From Trichoplax sp. H2 (lineage: Eukaryota), in the NCBI GenBank assembly GCA_003344405.1, contig NOWV01000021.1, positions 62,001 through 126,000 on the forward strand: a stretch of 64,000 bases of DNA, given 5' to 3'. Positions 11,016 to 23,702 of this stretch are shown here, in pieces. The notes beneath the pieces are model-generated. The model made no database searches. It saw nothing but the letters and a program-made list of their open reading frames with translations, and had not been told where the DNA came from. Both the position numbers and the translations under genes were made by a program. The number at the start of each line of letters is the position of its first letter. Positions within the stretch are counted from its first letter, which is position 1.

Positions 11016-12190
11016 CGCTTGTACAGTACAGTACGGTAGTGTACACTACTGTACTGTACTGTATACTGTAGAGTACTGGACGACTTACTGTACAGTACTG
11101 TACTGTACAAGCGTTACACGGTACAATCTACTGTAATATGTACAGTACATTATACAGTACTACAACTATAAAGTACTGTACTCTACGCCAGGTTATAAAA
11201 AGTTAAAAGTTCTTTTTACTGTACGTGGTACTGACTGAGTTAGCCGTTGCTCACGTATGAGCATGGCTACTGTTGTACATGGTCGATTGAGCGACTGAGT
11301 CACTCAGTTTACAGCACATACAGTTTGTATGGTTAAAAACCTGGTCAAAAACAAAACATAAGAACTGTACTACTGTCTAGTGTTTGGTGAACTCATGGAC
11401 TACTGTACATGTACTTTACTGGATGATTACCATGATTTTCTACTACTATCATAGTCTATCACTGTACCGAATTCTATGCTGCATGCAGTCCCGGCATAGA
11501 CGAGGTATGGTACTGTCCAATTTGTAAACGTCACTGATTTTTCTACTGTACAGTGTACAGTACTAAAACCTCGAAAACCTTTGTGACTGAACCATAGTGA
11601 TTGTAGCCGCGTTTCACACGGTGCGAGATTACGTACTGTACACTGTACACTCGACCTGTTAGAGATTGGAGAACCGAACCGGACAAACTGACTGACTTTG
11701 GTTCGGTTCGTATGCGATTCGAACCGAACCTCTGACAGGTCTAGTGTACAGTACGTGATCTGGCAGTGTACAGTACAATACTGTAATTCGATGTGAATGC
11801 CAGTCTCACCTGTCCAAACCTACAGTACATTGAGTACAGTAGTACTGTACTGTACTACATCACAGAGAGTATAGTGCGCTCAGTTTTGAGTGCTGCATAC
11901 GGTATACACTATAGTAAAGCACGGCTGTTTGCGAGACTACTGTATTACCGTACAGTACGTACTGTACCATAATTGGTGAATGAAATCTGCCCTACCAGTG
12001 TAGACGTCTCCATTTTGTGCAAGGGTGTTCAACAGATTCTTTACAACGGCCGGATAAAAGAATCTTCTACTAGCCATTTCTTCTATTCAGACGAGTCCAT
12101 CGTGCTGGACCGTGCTGTACAAGTATAGCTCGTTGGTAACTTGTAAATCATCTGCTTGGCTGTTGTATCATCGCACTACAGTAAGGGTAG
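11016..12190. promoter_or_regulatory. TACAG/CTGTA palindrome-rich, relatively GC-rich tract upstream of SCFD1 (probable bidirectional promoter)
   Basis: Dense TACAGTA/TACTGTA/GTGTACAC words between the 5' end of SCFD1 (+) and the upstream minus-strand gene. The same signature occurs at 24320-25700. Confidence 0.5.
11622..11765. mobile_element. MITE-like element with ~35-nt imperfect terminal inverted repeats and internal GAACC/GGTTC repeats
   Basis: Left end agattacgtactgtacac[tgtacac]tcgacctgttagaga; reverse complement of right end agatcacgtactgtacactagacctgtcagagg. Inside: gaaccgaacc 11671, ggttcggttcg 11700, cgaaccgaacc 11720. No clean target-site duplication. Confidence 0.45.
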
Positions 12191-12250
12191 AAATACGACA
12201 ACAATCGGAATCACTTCACCTGCAGAAACCACATTGTAACACCAATCGTG

Positions 12251-15200
12251 ATGGCAGTCAACGAGCTTCGACGAAAGCAAATTGGTAGCTCATAATAGAC
12301 TGATGTTCAATCTTGGTCATAAATTAGTAAACAGGAACAGAGTTTGACTATCAAGATCAAACTTAGTTTACTCGTTTTTATACGATATCTTACAAGCCAA
12401 GTTGATATATTGCTTAATTAACTTGCTATAATTTGATACTAATGTCTTCAGTGAATGGGCAACATACTGTACAAGTGCAATTACAATAATAATTATGAAT
12501 ATAATATATCCGTAGAAATTGTTGGAATGCAGTAAACTGAGCTATTTCGATGCGTATTTATCATTCATTATGTTCATGTGTCTCGTCCTCATAGAATCGA
12601 TCAAGCTGATGATGAATATGTATCAGCCAGCTGGCAGCAAAGCTTCGTCTATAGAGCCTAATTGGAAGGTATAGCTATGTACACTGAACAGTTGAATTAA
12701 CAATTTTAATTGAATTTATAATAAGTAAAATATTATGGACAGTAAGTCAAACCGATCAGGAAAATTACTTCTTTCTGTCAAATAGACGAGTATGCATTGT
12801 CTTCTCAGCCTTTACAGTATCTTGCTACAAATGACTTAGTGTCACTTAGGGTTTAACATGCAGTTATATATTAATTATCAGTTATACGTAATCCAAATAC
12901 TGATAGTAACTTGTAAAGTGATTATTATTCCATTGAATTGATACAAGTACCTACTGCTATTATCTAGGTATTGATCTATGATGGCTATGGCCAAGATATT
13001 ATTTCCCCATTGCTGACTGTTGGAGATTTACGTGATTTGGGAGTAACGGTTCATTTGTATGTATAGATAGGCTCACACACTATACATAACGATCAATAAT
13101 GTTGACTCGATATCAAGTATTAAATAAGTATAATATTTTAATATTATTAGTTTTGCAATGTTATTTGCTCTCTGGTAATAGAGGTAGTGAAGTTCACTTA
13201 ATACAGTATGGTGTATCTTAGTATAATGATAGAATAGAAAGACGTCGAATTTATATATTCTATGTAAAGTTCTCACACCTCATCTATCCTTTCTATGTGG
13301 CTATACGTTAGGCCATTAATGTCAGATAGGGAACCTATACCGGATGTACCTGCTATCTATTTAGTGGTTCCATCATCTGAAAATGTTGACAGAATCATTC
13401 AAGATTGCAGAAATCAGTTGTATGATTCATACTATTTAAGTTTCATCTCTCCCATCTCGCGTAATCGATTAGAGGATCTGGCGATGGGAACGATCCATGC
13501 AAATTCAGTTTCTCAGATTTCTAAGGTACTAAAAAGATGATTTATTATACTTAGACTCACTCATTTAATAGACGTGATATACGTTTCTCTGTTTGATGGC
13601 AAACTTGTTTTTCGCATTATTGAAATAATTATTACAGGTTTATGACCAATACCTCAACTTTATATGTCTTGAAGATGACCTATTCATTCCGCGATATCAT
13701 GATGTCGAGATGTTATCATATCATGGTAGGATTGAACTTCTATCTCTATCGCCTTAACTAGTGATATAATATCTTGTCTACTTGCTATAATTTTGAAGTG
13801 TTATCAACTTATTACTTTGTTGAAAGCTGTATAGCTTGATAATAAACGGTATGATTGTCATATTCGCTTTCATTAATAGCACTGAATAGTACTGATGCCA
13901 AAGATACGGACATTGAAGTTATACGAGATATTTTGGTAGACTCTTTGTTTTCTGCGTTGGCAACTTTAGGTATATGATCGTACCGTGCTATTGTATAGCG
14001 CTATTATTAGTTCAAAGCTAATTATATTATTGGCTACATACCAAAATTTTGATATGATTACAGTACTCATGTATTCATACTGTCTAATTAATGAAGGCAC
14101 TGTCCCCATCATTAGATGTCCGCGTGGAAACGCTGCAGAAATGGTAGCTGAGGTATATTCTATGTCGTTCTTGAAAAAAATTTTAGATTTTAAATCGCTG
14201 TATGAAATGGCTCATTAGATTGATAATTAGTAATTCGAGTTTTGCGTATATCATTTATCACTCTAGGCATTGGATAAGAAACTAAGGGAGAATCTAAGAA
14301 ATAGTCGCACATGCCTTTTTTCAGGAGACAGTGTGGTTGGTGGACAGTTTAAGTAAGCAGCTAGTGCTAGATACAATACATCAAATAACGTGAAATTTCT
14401 TTTCTTGATTTAAATGATTAAAATCATCAAATTTCATTTGCCGTATTAGTTTTCAGAGACCTCTTCTCATCATACTTGATCGTAATACCGACTTTACAAC
14501 CATTTTACATCATACCTGGACTTATCAAGCCCTTGTTCACGACTTACTGGTATAACCTATAGAAACTGTATACGTTATGTCAAATTTTAAATTATAAACT
14601 GTTTGTATGAACTTTGATCACTAGAATATGGAATTGAATAGAGTTAATATTCAGGAAAGTTCTTCTAGTGAAGAAATTGGAGCTAGCAGTGCAAAAGCCC
14701 AAAAGCCAAAGTGCTATGACTTAAACTCGGATAGTGATTCCTTTTGGAGTTTCCATAAAGGAAGGTTTGTTGATCTTCAAATCTTATTCTGTGGCTAGTG
14801 CAGAGGATTATTCGTTTTGACATCAAAGTGTTTCATACCACCACATCTTTGCTTTTCATTATTCTAGCCCATTTCCAAGCGTTGCTGAAGCGATTCAAGT
14901 TACATTGGATGAGTACAGAAATTCTGAAGATGACATTAAGAAATTAAAAAGTACCATGGTTAGCTCAGAATACAAAGCTGTGAGCAGTTTTTATCGCAAC
15001 TGTTAACGCTGTTTCTTTTTGTTATTTTAATACTAGGGCTTAGAAGATGAATCTTTAGCGGTTGTTAGTGCGGCTGTAGAAAATTCGTTATCGAATGATC
15101 ATACTTCAAAGTTATCATCTGCTGTTAGGTATTTTGCATGAAAGCTCATTTTAGTGCTCTTAGAACGGTATTTTGTACAGTTGCGAGCTGTGCATATAAA

Positions 15201-16988
15201 ACTTCTTGTTTTCCTTCAGCTCGTTACCAGAATTACTGGAAAAAAAGAAATCCATTGATATGCATACAAATATTGCAACCGCTTTGCTAGAACATATTAA
15301 AGTGAGTATTCTAAAGTTTGCACTGGTTTGAATAAGGCTGCTGTAATTCTGTTATCTCTTTTCATATTCTTTCAGAATCGTAAATTGGATTCTTATTTTG
15401 AACTTGAAGAAAAACTTATGAGTAAATCATCGATCGGGGTTAGAATTGGAGAATTGCAGTGCAAAAGTTTTATGTTGTTTGTGTTAATTTTAACTATGAA
15501 TAAATTTAAAATTAATTTTATAGGAAATATCAGTTATGGACATTCTCGCCGATCCAAACAGTAAATATTCCATTCTTCTTTATGCGGACCATCAGATACT
15601 GTAGACATTGTAGATTAAGCATTGACTTTACCATTATTTTCGAGTAGGTGCTACTCCGGAAGACAAATTGAGATTATTTTTAATCTATTATATTTGTGGT
15701 CCACCCTTGACTGATGTAAACATTGATTATTTGATTTGATTTGATTTAAAAGTACAAATTATTTAGGATGGATCTATAATTATGCTCTTTTAGGCTGATT
15801 TAGAGAAGTATACTACTACTCTAAGGAATGCTGGAGTTAACCTAACCTCTTTTGATTATGTAAAGAAGATGAAGTAAGTATACCTCTTGTAGCATTATAG
15901 AGTAATTGCGGAGTAAAATTAATTTTGGAACTATTTTATAGGTCCTTTGCTAAAATGACTCTTAAACCAAGCATTGCCAGCGATAGCAAATCTAGCGTGG
16001 GGTATGATAATTGTTGCTATCGTAAACTATGTAGATTATTTATCATAGATTTTCGACAGTGCCACTAAAATTTACTTCACGGGGATTAGGCAAGTCTTTT
16101 CGCGGATCATGAAAACTGGATCTAAATTTGTAATGGAAGGCGTCAAAAATTTAGCGTTTAAAACTAAGGTAAGCAATACTGTAATTGAGTACCACTTTTT
16201 GTAACTATTTCGTTTAAGTATACATATTGAATTGAAACAGGATTTGCCTGTGACACGTATTGTCGATGCACTGATGGAATCAAGATCAATTGCTGTAAGA
16301 TTAGTTAAAAGATCTATAATAGATTTAAGTTATTTAGGACATTAAGGATGGTATTATCTATGGATGTACTCAAGGTTATCTATTTTAAAATGATCATAGG
16401 AAATTGAAGATTATCGTTACTTTGATCCAAAGTTGCTGAGAGCATCAGACGGGTATATACAGTATAGCATACATGCGCCTAAAGTATACGGTGAAACGAT
16501 TTTATCATGCTTTTTTTTATATAGATCGGCTGCTCATACAAAAAATCCTTTTCAAGAGGTTTCTACTTAATGCTCATATTAGGAAATTAATTAAAAATAT
16601 TTACTAGCTAGCTATTCTATGTCCTATTACAATAATATGGTAAATTGCTATATATATTAATAAAATGTTGATTTCTTGAAGGCTATTGTGTTTATGGTTG
16701 GAGGAGGAAATTACGTTGAATATCAGAATTTAATCGATTATGCCAAGGTATGCCGTAAATCATACTTTCTCTTTAAATCTAGCATTCTGTAATAATGTTG
16801 GGATCTTTTTAAGCGCCAGACAGTACAAAAGCATATCACTTACGGATGCAGTGAGTTAATGACCGCATCTCATTTCTTGCAACAGGTTTGTAATTTTTAA
16901 TATTTTCTTATATTTCTGTTAGTGCTTTGTTATCGTTGTGTATATAAGCAATACTTTATTTTTATAATAGTTGGAAAGGCTTGGTTAG
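12251..16988 (+). CDS. SCFD1: Sec1 family domain-containing protein 1 (Sly1), more than 20 exons
   Basis: Spliced exons give [11 protein letters not shown]...[129 protein letters not shown]...[52 protein letters not shown], ending LERLG* at 16986-16988. Confidence 0.97.
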
Positions 16989-17230
16989 AGATTATCTGCT
17001 GAATTGGTTCTTCCAGTTCAAAATCTAATATATGAACTACTTAGATCGAAATAAGCGGGAGCAATGTACAAATAAAATCTGGCAATTCATTTTACTGATT
17101 AACAGCTAAAATATTGAATAAAGTATTTGCAGCATAATTAATATCTACAATTACATAGTAAATAAAAATTTTATTATCAATATAATAAAATATTCGTCTT
17201 TACAGTCTACGCATATAAAAAGGTTAATTG

Positions 17231-18940
17231 TTAACTTTTGGTTTCGGCTGATGAATAATTCTGTCTCCAGAGAAATTCTTTCATATACCCATTAGAGGAT
17301 TTGTCATTGTTGTTATGCAAGCAATTCTTGCTGCAAGTGTAAACTAACAATATACCCCAATCGATGCTTGTTTGAGAATTTTCAATCTTTAAATAATGGA
17401 GGAGTTGAGGCATAATCTAATAACGGAGATAACAGCTTTCGGTAACTACCTTGATGCAGGTATCGGTGTTTTAGTTTTGAAGTACAGTACATTAAGTGTA
17501 CATGACTGTACGGTATTGAACAGATGATTGAATTAAACGTAATATTAACAACGTTTGTCTATACAGTTTGACTACTACAAGAGTGCAACATGAGACTATG
17601 TGAGCAAGGAATACCGCATTCGTATGAATATTTTGCTATACTATACGGTCTACAAACTTGATTGTAGCCTAAGTTATGCCATTTATTCATCTAATACTGT
17701 ACACTAATCTAAAGTGTTGCATATTACTGTATATGCTGAATGTTAAGTTTAAGTTCCAATGTCTTTACCTGAAACTCGAATATACGTTTAGCTCCACATG
17801 AACAACCTGGAATGTCGGATGATGAGGGGATATCCTTGCTTGAAATCCATAGGGGAATTCCATTACGCTTGTACCTTAGGATCTACACGTATATCAAGAT
17901 TGATATAATGACTTACTGAATGATGTCACTATCCAAAAACGTTTCTACTGTCATGTACAAAACTACAATGAGAGTAAGAACAGTTCATAAATAATGTAAG
18001 AATGGTATCATTGATTACTTACTTGATCTGGTTGTAGGCGAATCTTTTCTTTAAATTCAAGAAATTCCTCGTCATGATTATGATCTTCCACAGATTTTAT
18101 ATCGGCTTCTGTAATTTGATTAGCAAGGTCGGACTTAATATAATCATGGTAGTTTTCTCCAGTCAGCTTGGAATCGGTAGGATGATCAGATTTACTATCA
18201 GCATCGTCGTTGTCATTATCTTCATCATCATCATCGATACAAACATCATATTGCGGAAATAAGTAATCATTGCTTGCAAATATGGGTGTTTTGGCTGCAG
18301 AAGTACAATTTTCACGATGGCCGTGCTTCCAATCAAATACCTGATGTTGTCTACAACAATACGGCGTTCCACATTTAGCGCATTTTTTTTCGCTCGGAAT
18401 TCCACATAAACTACATAACGAACACCACTTTGTAAGGAGTGAATTATCGTATGAATTTTGAGGATTTTGTCGATCAGGAGGTTGGCTACTATAAAAGCTA
18501 TTATTACGAGGTAATTGGCTACGAAACACAAGGAAACAATCTTGTGCAGAACGCTGATGGCACTGTCCATCTCTGCAACAAAAAATATAAATGGTACGAT
18601 GAAAGCATGCAGATTCGCCATCTACTGGGCAATATAGCTGTATAAGGAATTGCATTACGTTTCCACAATTCTTGCATGTTAAGCTAGCTGCGGAAGGGAT
18701 TCCTTGCAGATCTAGCCATACTGGTTTGCCACCGACCTTACTTGGAAAGAATTGATTAGTTAATAATAATTCATCATCGACCTCCTCAATAAATCCTAGC
18801 TCAACATTATTATCATGGTGAGTGCATTCTGCTTTCGCTGATTCTTCTTCTTGCTTCTTTTCCATGTTGAGTTGATTAACCACCATAGGCAATAGACAAT
18901 ATTTCTCACCAATGCTTTCTGCTCGAGTGGCAGTGGTCAA
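17231..18940 (-). CDS. PDCD2: Programmed cell death protein 2 (uS5 chaperone; MYND finger plus PDCD2_C), 3 exons
   Basis: [46 protein letters not shown]-like CSLC..CAKC..YCCRQHQ..DW..H..C. Exons about 18940-18023, 17882-17769 (ILRY...[12 protein letters not shown]) and 17416-17231 (IMPQLL...[15 protein letters not shown]). The true start may be the ATG at 18886 or 18865. Confidence 0.95.
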
Positions 18941-20536
18941 TGATTAAATGCAGTATACTGTATGGTGCAAGTGATTTGGTGTACATTTCTGTACAACCCG
19001 ATCTGTTTCTGATATAATCACTACCGAAATCGATAATAGTAGTACTTACTGTAGTTGCTATAGAAGTTAGTAAAAAACAACAGACGGATGGACAATTCAA
19101 GTTGCTGTCTCTGTTGTAGGCCCTACCTACTATGCGATATGATTTAACAATTGTATAAGTATAGTTTTAGTGATATAAACATACATATACGATCGACAAC
19201 AGCTGCAGTAGGCTTTGCCCACTTCTTTTAGCGTTGGAATTGTGGATGTATACTGTATGGTAGTCAGTTTACCTTTTTTGGGACAAATTTAGAATGATGG
19301 AATGACAGATAATCATTTAGAGCCGTTAGATAGATAGAATTTCTATCTATAACCACGTTTAGTGTTATACAATTTTCAGTTGAGGACTAGTAATTGGACA
19401 GAACTTGGATCTGTTTACAAAAAAAAAAAGTACTTTCTCATTGATCAGACATTGATCAGAATTTTTCAATTATCAAAACGGACGTTAGGGAGTAAAGAAA
19501 GAATCTATAATATTATAACGTGTTTTGGCTATAATCAAAGACAATCGTTGGTTGCCAGTTGGTCTTTGGTAGTCTTTAGCCATTCTTGGTCGTTCAGAAA
19601 GCTGAAATCGTAACAGTTATAGGCTTACGTAGGTATTTGATCGATATCGTAAAAGTGAATGGGACATCAATTATTTTTAACAAGAATATAAGACATCAAT
19701 TCGATATTCAATGTTTATACGTGATAGCTATATCCTCTACATTTAAATGTCTAGTACAATAAAAATTCACTAACGTTCTAGTTTATCACTCATTACGCTA
19801 TTGCTTTGACTGTAAGGTTACTCTATAATAAAAGAACATTTAGTAAAATAAACGTTTTTGCCATTTCAGAATCCATTGAGTTTATTATTGTAAGGGTGAC
19901 CATTATAACTTCTGATTAATGAATTTAATAATTATATTATATGCTCACATTGTTTCACCAATGTTGTAAAGGCTTTAAACGGAGTTTAATAATAGTACGT
20001 GAATCGAAAGTAGAATAGCAGTATTTAATCTATGCAGCTATAGAACTTAGTGAATTACTTCTCTTTTTCCTTGATATTAATAAAAAAACTGCTGGCTAAT
20101 CGATATCAGGAATTATGACGCCCATAATTTATTTAATTAATCTTTCACGCTAATGGTTGTTAATGTGTGGTTAGGCTGTTGCGTAGAATTCTATTTTATG
20201 GTCATACCGTAATCGTCTACAGATTGATTTTGTACGCGCGTATATTGCTCTCAGTTTGATATTTCATTACAAAATTTGATTGACGATGTTGGTGAAACGC
20301 CTTGATTGATTAAATAAAGCGTATACCATAGACTATGTAAATACAGTACATGTATAGTAGGCCTAATGACCAAGTAGAAAAAGATATTGAAGCAGTTCTG
20401 TTAGAGCTTACGAATCGAGTAATCAAACAGTTTAGGGATTACTGTATAATGCATCTCCATTTGGAGACTTATCAATGTGTTACAAGAAGAATTAATCTAG
20501 TATTCACATTCTGTTATTAATTAGATCAGGATCAAA

Positions 20537-23500
20537 ATGATGTGCTATAAATGTGCTGCAAAATTTGGTCTTCTTAAGCGTCAGGTAATTTATCTACATT
20601 TTATGAACGTACGATTGGAAATAAATAAATTTCATTTATTGATTGATACAGTGTTATAATTTAACATAACGTCATATATACAACATACAGTGTAGTATTC
20701 GTTGTCCTACTCGATTTTATATCCGTGCATAGGGTGATCATACTTTTGTTTGCACAGAATATATTGCCAAAATTTATGTAAATCTGTACAAGTAAATCGT
20801 GCTAGTAAATAAGAATTAGCTACTGTTACTTAATTTACCGTATTAATTCTGATTTTTGATCTCTTAACTGATTTCATACTTATTACAAACAGAATTACTG
20901 TAGACGCTGTAATAAGTTATTCTGCAAGAATTGCCTATTCAAATCCACTCATGATGGTAATTTGATCTGTAAAGATTGCTTAAAGAAGTAAGTTAAAATT
21001 AGATTGACAATTTGAGCTCTATTAAATAAAATTGTGCGCACTTACATAACTGTGTACTTATAGTACTGGTAATGGTAATGGGACAAATTAGGGTATTAGT
21101 AATATGATAGTCAATAGTCTTTATAATGTAATATCGACGGTACGTATATAGAATTTTTAAAAATCACATCTTAGTAATCTTTACTTGGTAATAATAAATT
21201 TACCGTAATATCAAAGTGAAAGTGATACGTATATTGAATTTCTAAAAATCGCAACTTTGTAATTTTACTTGTTAATAATCAATTTACCGTAATATTAAAG
21301 TAAAAGTGATACGTATAGAATTTCTAAAAATCGCATCTTTGTAATTTTACTTGTTAATAATAAATTTACCGTAATATTAAGTGAAAGTGATGGAAATAAG
21401 CAAAAGGCATCGAAAGCTATTAATGAACAGGTATACTGAATTGAATTAAAACGTAAGATAAAGATTTTTATCTTAGTATTTTACAGCAATATTGTTACTT
21501 CTGTAGGCAGCTAGTTTTTCCTCACTTAACTATACAAGTGCTCAACTTACCGCGCAAAAACAACGCAGCAAACACGCTAACCAGAGAGGTAGTGGACTTA
21601 AATATACTAACAGTGAAGAAGATTTTCATTCCTCTAACGTACAAAGTGTAAAGGATATTGAAGAACGACTAGAGCACCTTCGTAATGAGAAAGAAAGAGT
21701 AAACGTCTGCGATACCAAAGATATCAAGGAACGACTTGATAAACTGAAGGACAATCCGTGTAAAGGTAAGTATGCATAATTTAAATACTTTCTTTCGATA
21801 TCAATAGCAAGACTATTCAGTTTATAGGCAACCAATTCCTGTACTATTGCTTAGGGATCCAAATTAAAACTATTATAACTTTTTTATTTAATATGTTGAT
21901 TAGTATCGGATAAAGATATCGAAGAACGCTTATGTAAACTACGTGGTGAGAACTATTCCAGCACCAAGCAATCACTGGTAACTTAAATATTTACGTTACA
22001 GTCAAACGACCGAACTGAGGATTATAATCTCTCTGATATTATGTCATAGTTTCCAAAGTAGAAGGAGCACTTATAAAATTTCTCAAGCTCGCTGCTTATT
22101 ATTGTAATTTACTTTAGCTGGTTCAGAAACATCGAACCGAAACCGAACAAATTGATGAGTTAATCAACAGAACTGAGGACGAAGTTCAATTAGATTACGG
22201 GCCATCATCCATTAAGCCACCGCAGGAATTACTTTCAGAATCTAGCACTAATCAGGCAATGGATATTTCCGAAGCTGAAAAACTTATGCAACAAATGCAG
22301 ATAGATATGATAGAAGATGATAAATTACAAGATAAAGTAAAAGACTTAGAATCAAGACTTAAAGCCTTGAAGGGTAATTACTGTAGTTAGCTAGTTCTCA
22401 ATAGTGCTATCACATTGATGATAGACTGCAAGATCCAGATAGAGAATTTACTAATATACTTGTAGTCGTATTTATAGTCTGTATAGTAGAGTAGTTATTT
22501 TATAGAACATGGAAATTTTACGCTGATATGTTATTTATGTATATTGGAAATTACCAGCTATAAAGACAACTTGTTTATTAATTGGTGTATTAATTTATTA
22601 GCTGATAAGGAAAATCAAGGTGCACATGGATTCAACGCTTATACCGATGAGGTTGACAGCGATGATGATGAAACATCAGCTAGTAAATTACTAAAACAGG
22701 TACGATGTAACCGATAAGGATTTTAATTTTCTTAGAAATTGAGTCTCAAGTCTGTGTTCTTTGATTGAGTTTAAATTTAATAATGTTAGCTCATGATAGA
22801 ATACAGTGATAGTATTAGATTGGAACATTTTTGCTTCAAGGCACCAAAAGATTATAAATATCAGCATTTGATACATCGCTCAATTGTAGTTATACTGTAT
22901 ATATTTTCACCTAGAGAGCTATACAGCCATAATTATTCCATTACATTTACATTTAATACCTTTGCATAAATTTTTGTTTCTTAAATTTATGATAAGATTA
23001 TACTAGAAGCTCAGATGGATCAAGGTCTTCAACAGTCTGGATACGGTTGGTTTAATAAAGTATCAATTTTGTATACATGTGTTTTTGGTATAAATATTAT
23101 TATAATCAAAATAGGATTGCTATGCGATAGTATTCATCTTGATTTTTTAAGGTCTGCATTTAAGAATAGTAGAGATTTTCATCTTGCTAAGATATTGAAA
23201 TATGGAATTTACTTAACACTAGGAAATTTACTGGAAAAGAAGGCAAACCATGACGATGAAGAAGACGAGGAATTACCATGGTGTACGATATGTAATCGGG
23301 ATGCTTCATTACGATGCCGCGGATGTGATGATGATTTATATTGCAAGAGATGTTACAAGTAAAAATAGCATAAAATTACCAGTGTTCGAATGGCATTGCA
23401 CCTGCTAGTGATGCAGTTTACTTCCAAGCATACAATATTTATGTCATATCTATTGTGCCAGTTACAGCATAGTTTGTACAAGATGTTTAAGCTTAAGTGT

Positions 23501-23643
23501 TATTATTTGTAAGATTGTATGGTCCTATTGTGTTTAAAAAATGTCTTTTAACCATTTTACAATCCTTTTCTAGAGAGTGTCACCAAAGCGAAGACCCTGA
23601 AGAACATTTCGTAGTCTCTTACAAACCTAAGCGAAAATCTTAA
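20537..23643 (+). CDS. ZFYVE19: Abscission/NoCut checkpoint regulator (atypical FYVE finger plus C-terminal B-box-like Zn finger)
   Basis: [30 protein letters not shown]...ICKDC; repeated DIEERL motifs; [19 protein letters not shown]-terminal [35 protein letters not shown]...EEH, stop 23641-23643. Confidence 0.9.
21141..21391 (+). repeat. Three tandem copies of an ~83-nt unit spanning a ZFYVE19 splice acceptor
   Basis: tacgtata..gaattt.taaaaatc.ca.ctt.gtaat.ttactt g.taataat.aatttaccgtaatat.aaagt.aaagtga repeated at about 21141, 21226 and 21310. Confidence 0.9.
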
Positions 23644-23702
23644 AAAAATAATGTGTTGCGTCTATGAATTGTACTGTATTACAGCGCAATAATTGAAAAA
23701 TT

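Noticed and set aside
18074..18645. Antisense and alternate-frame ORFs over PDCD2 (likewise over 5922-6173, 8871-9182 and 51202-51750)
   Set aside because: Shadow ORFs of real coding exons with no independent motifs.
19328..19350. Small hairpin tagatagaa-ttt-ctatcta
   Set aside because: Short, low-complexity and expected by chance; not a terminator in a eukaryotic context.
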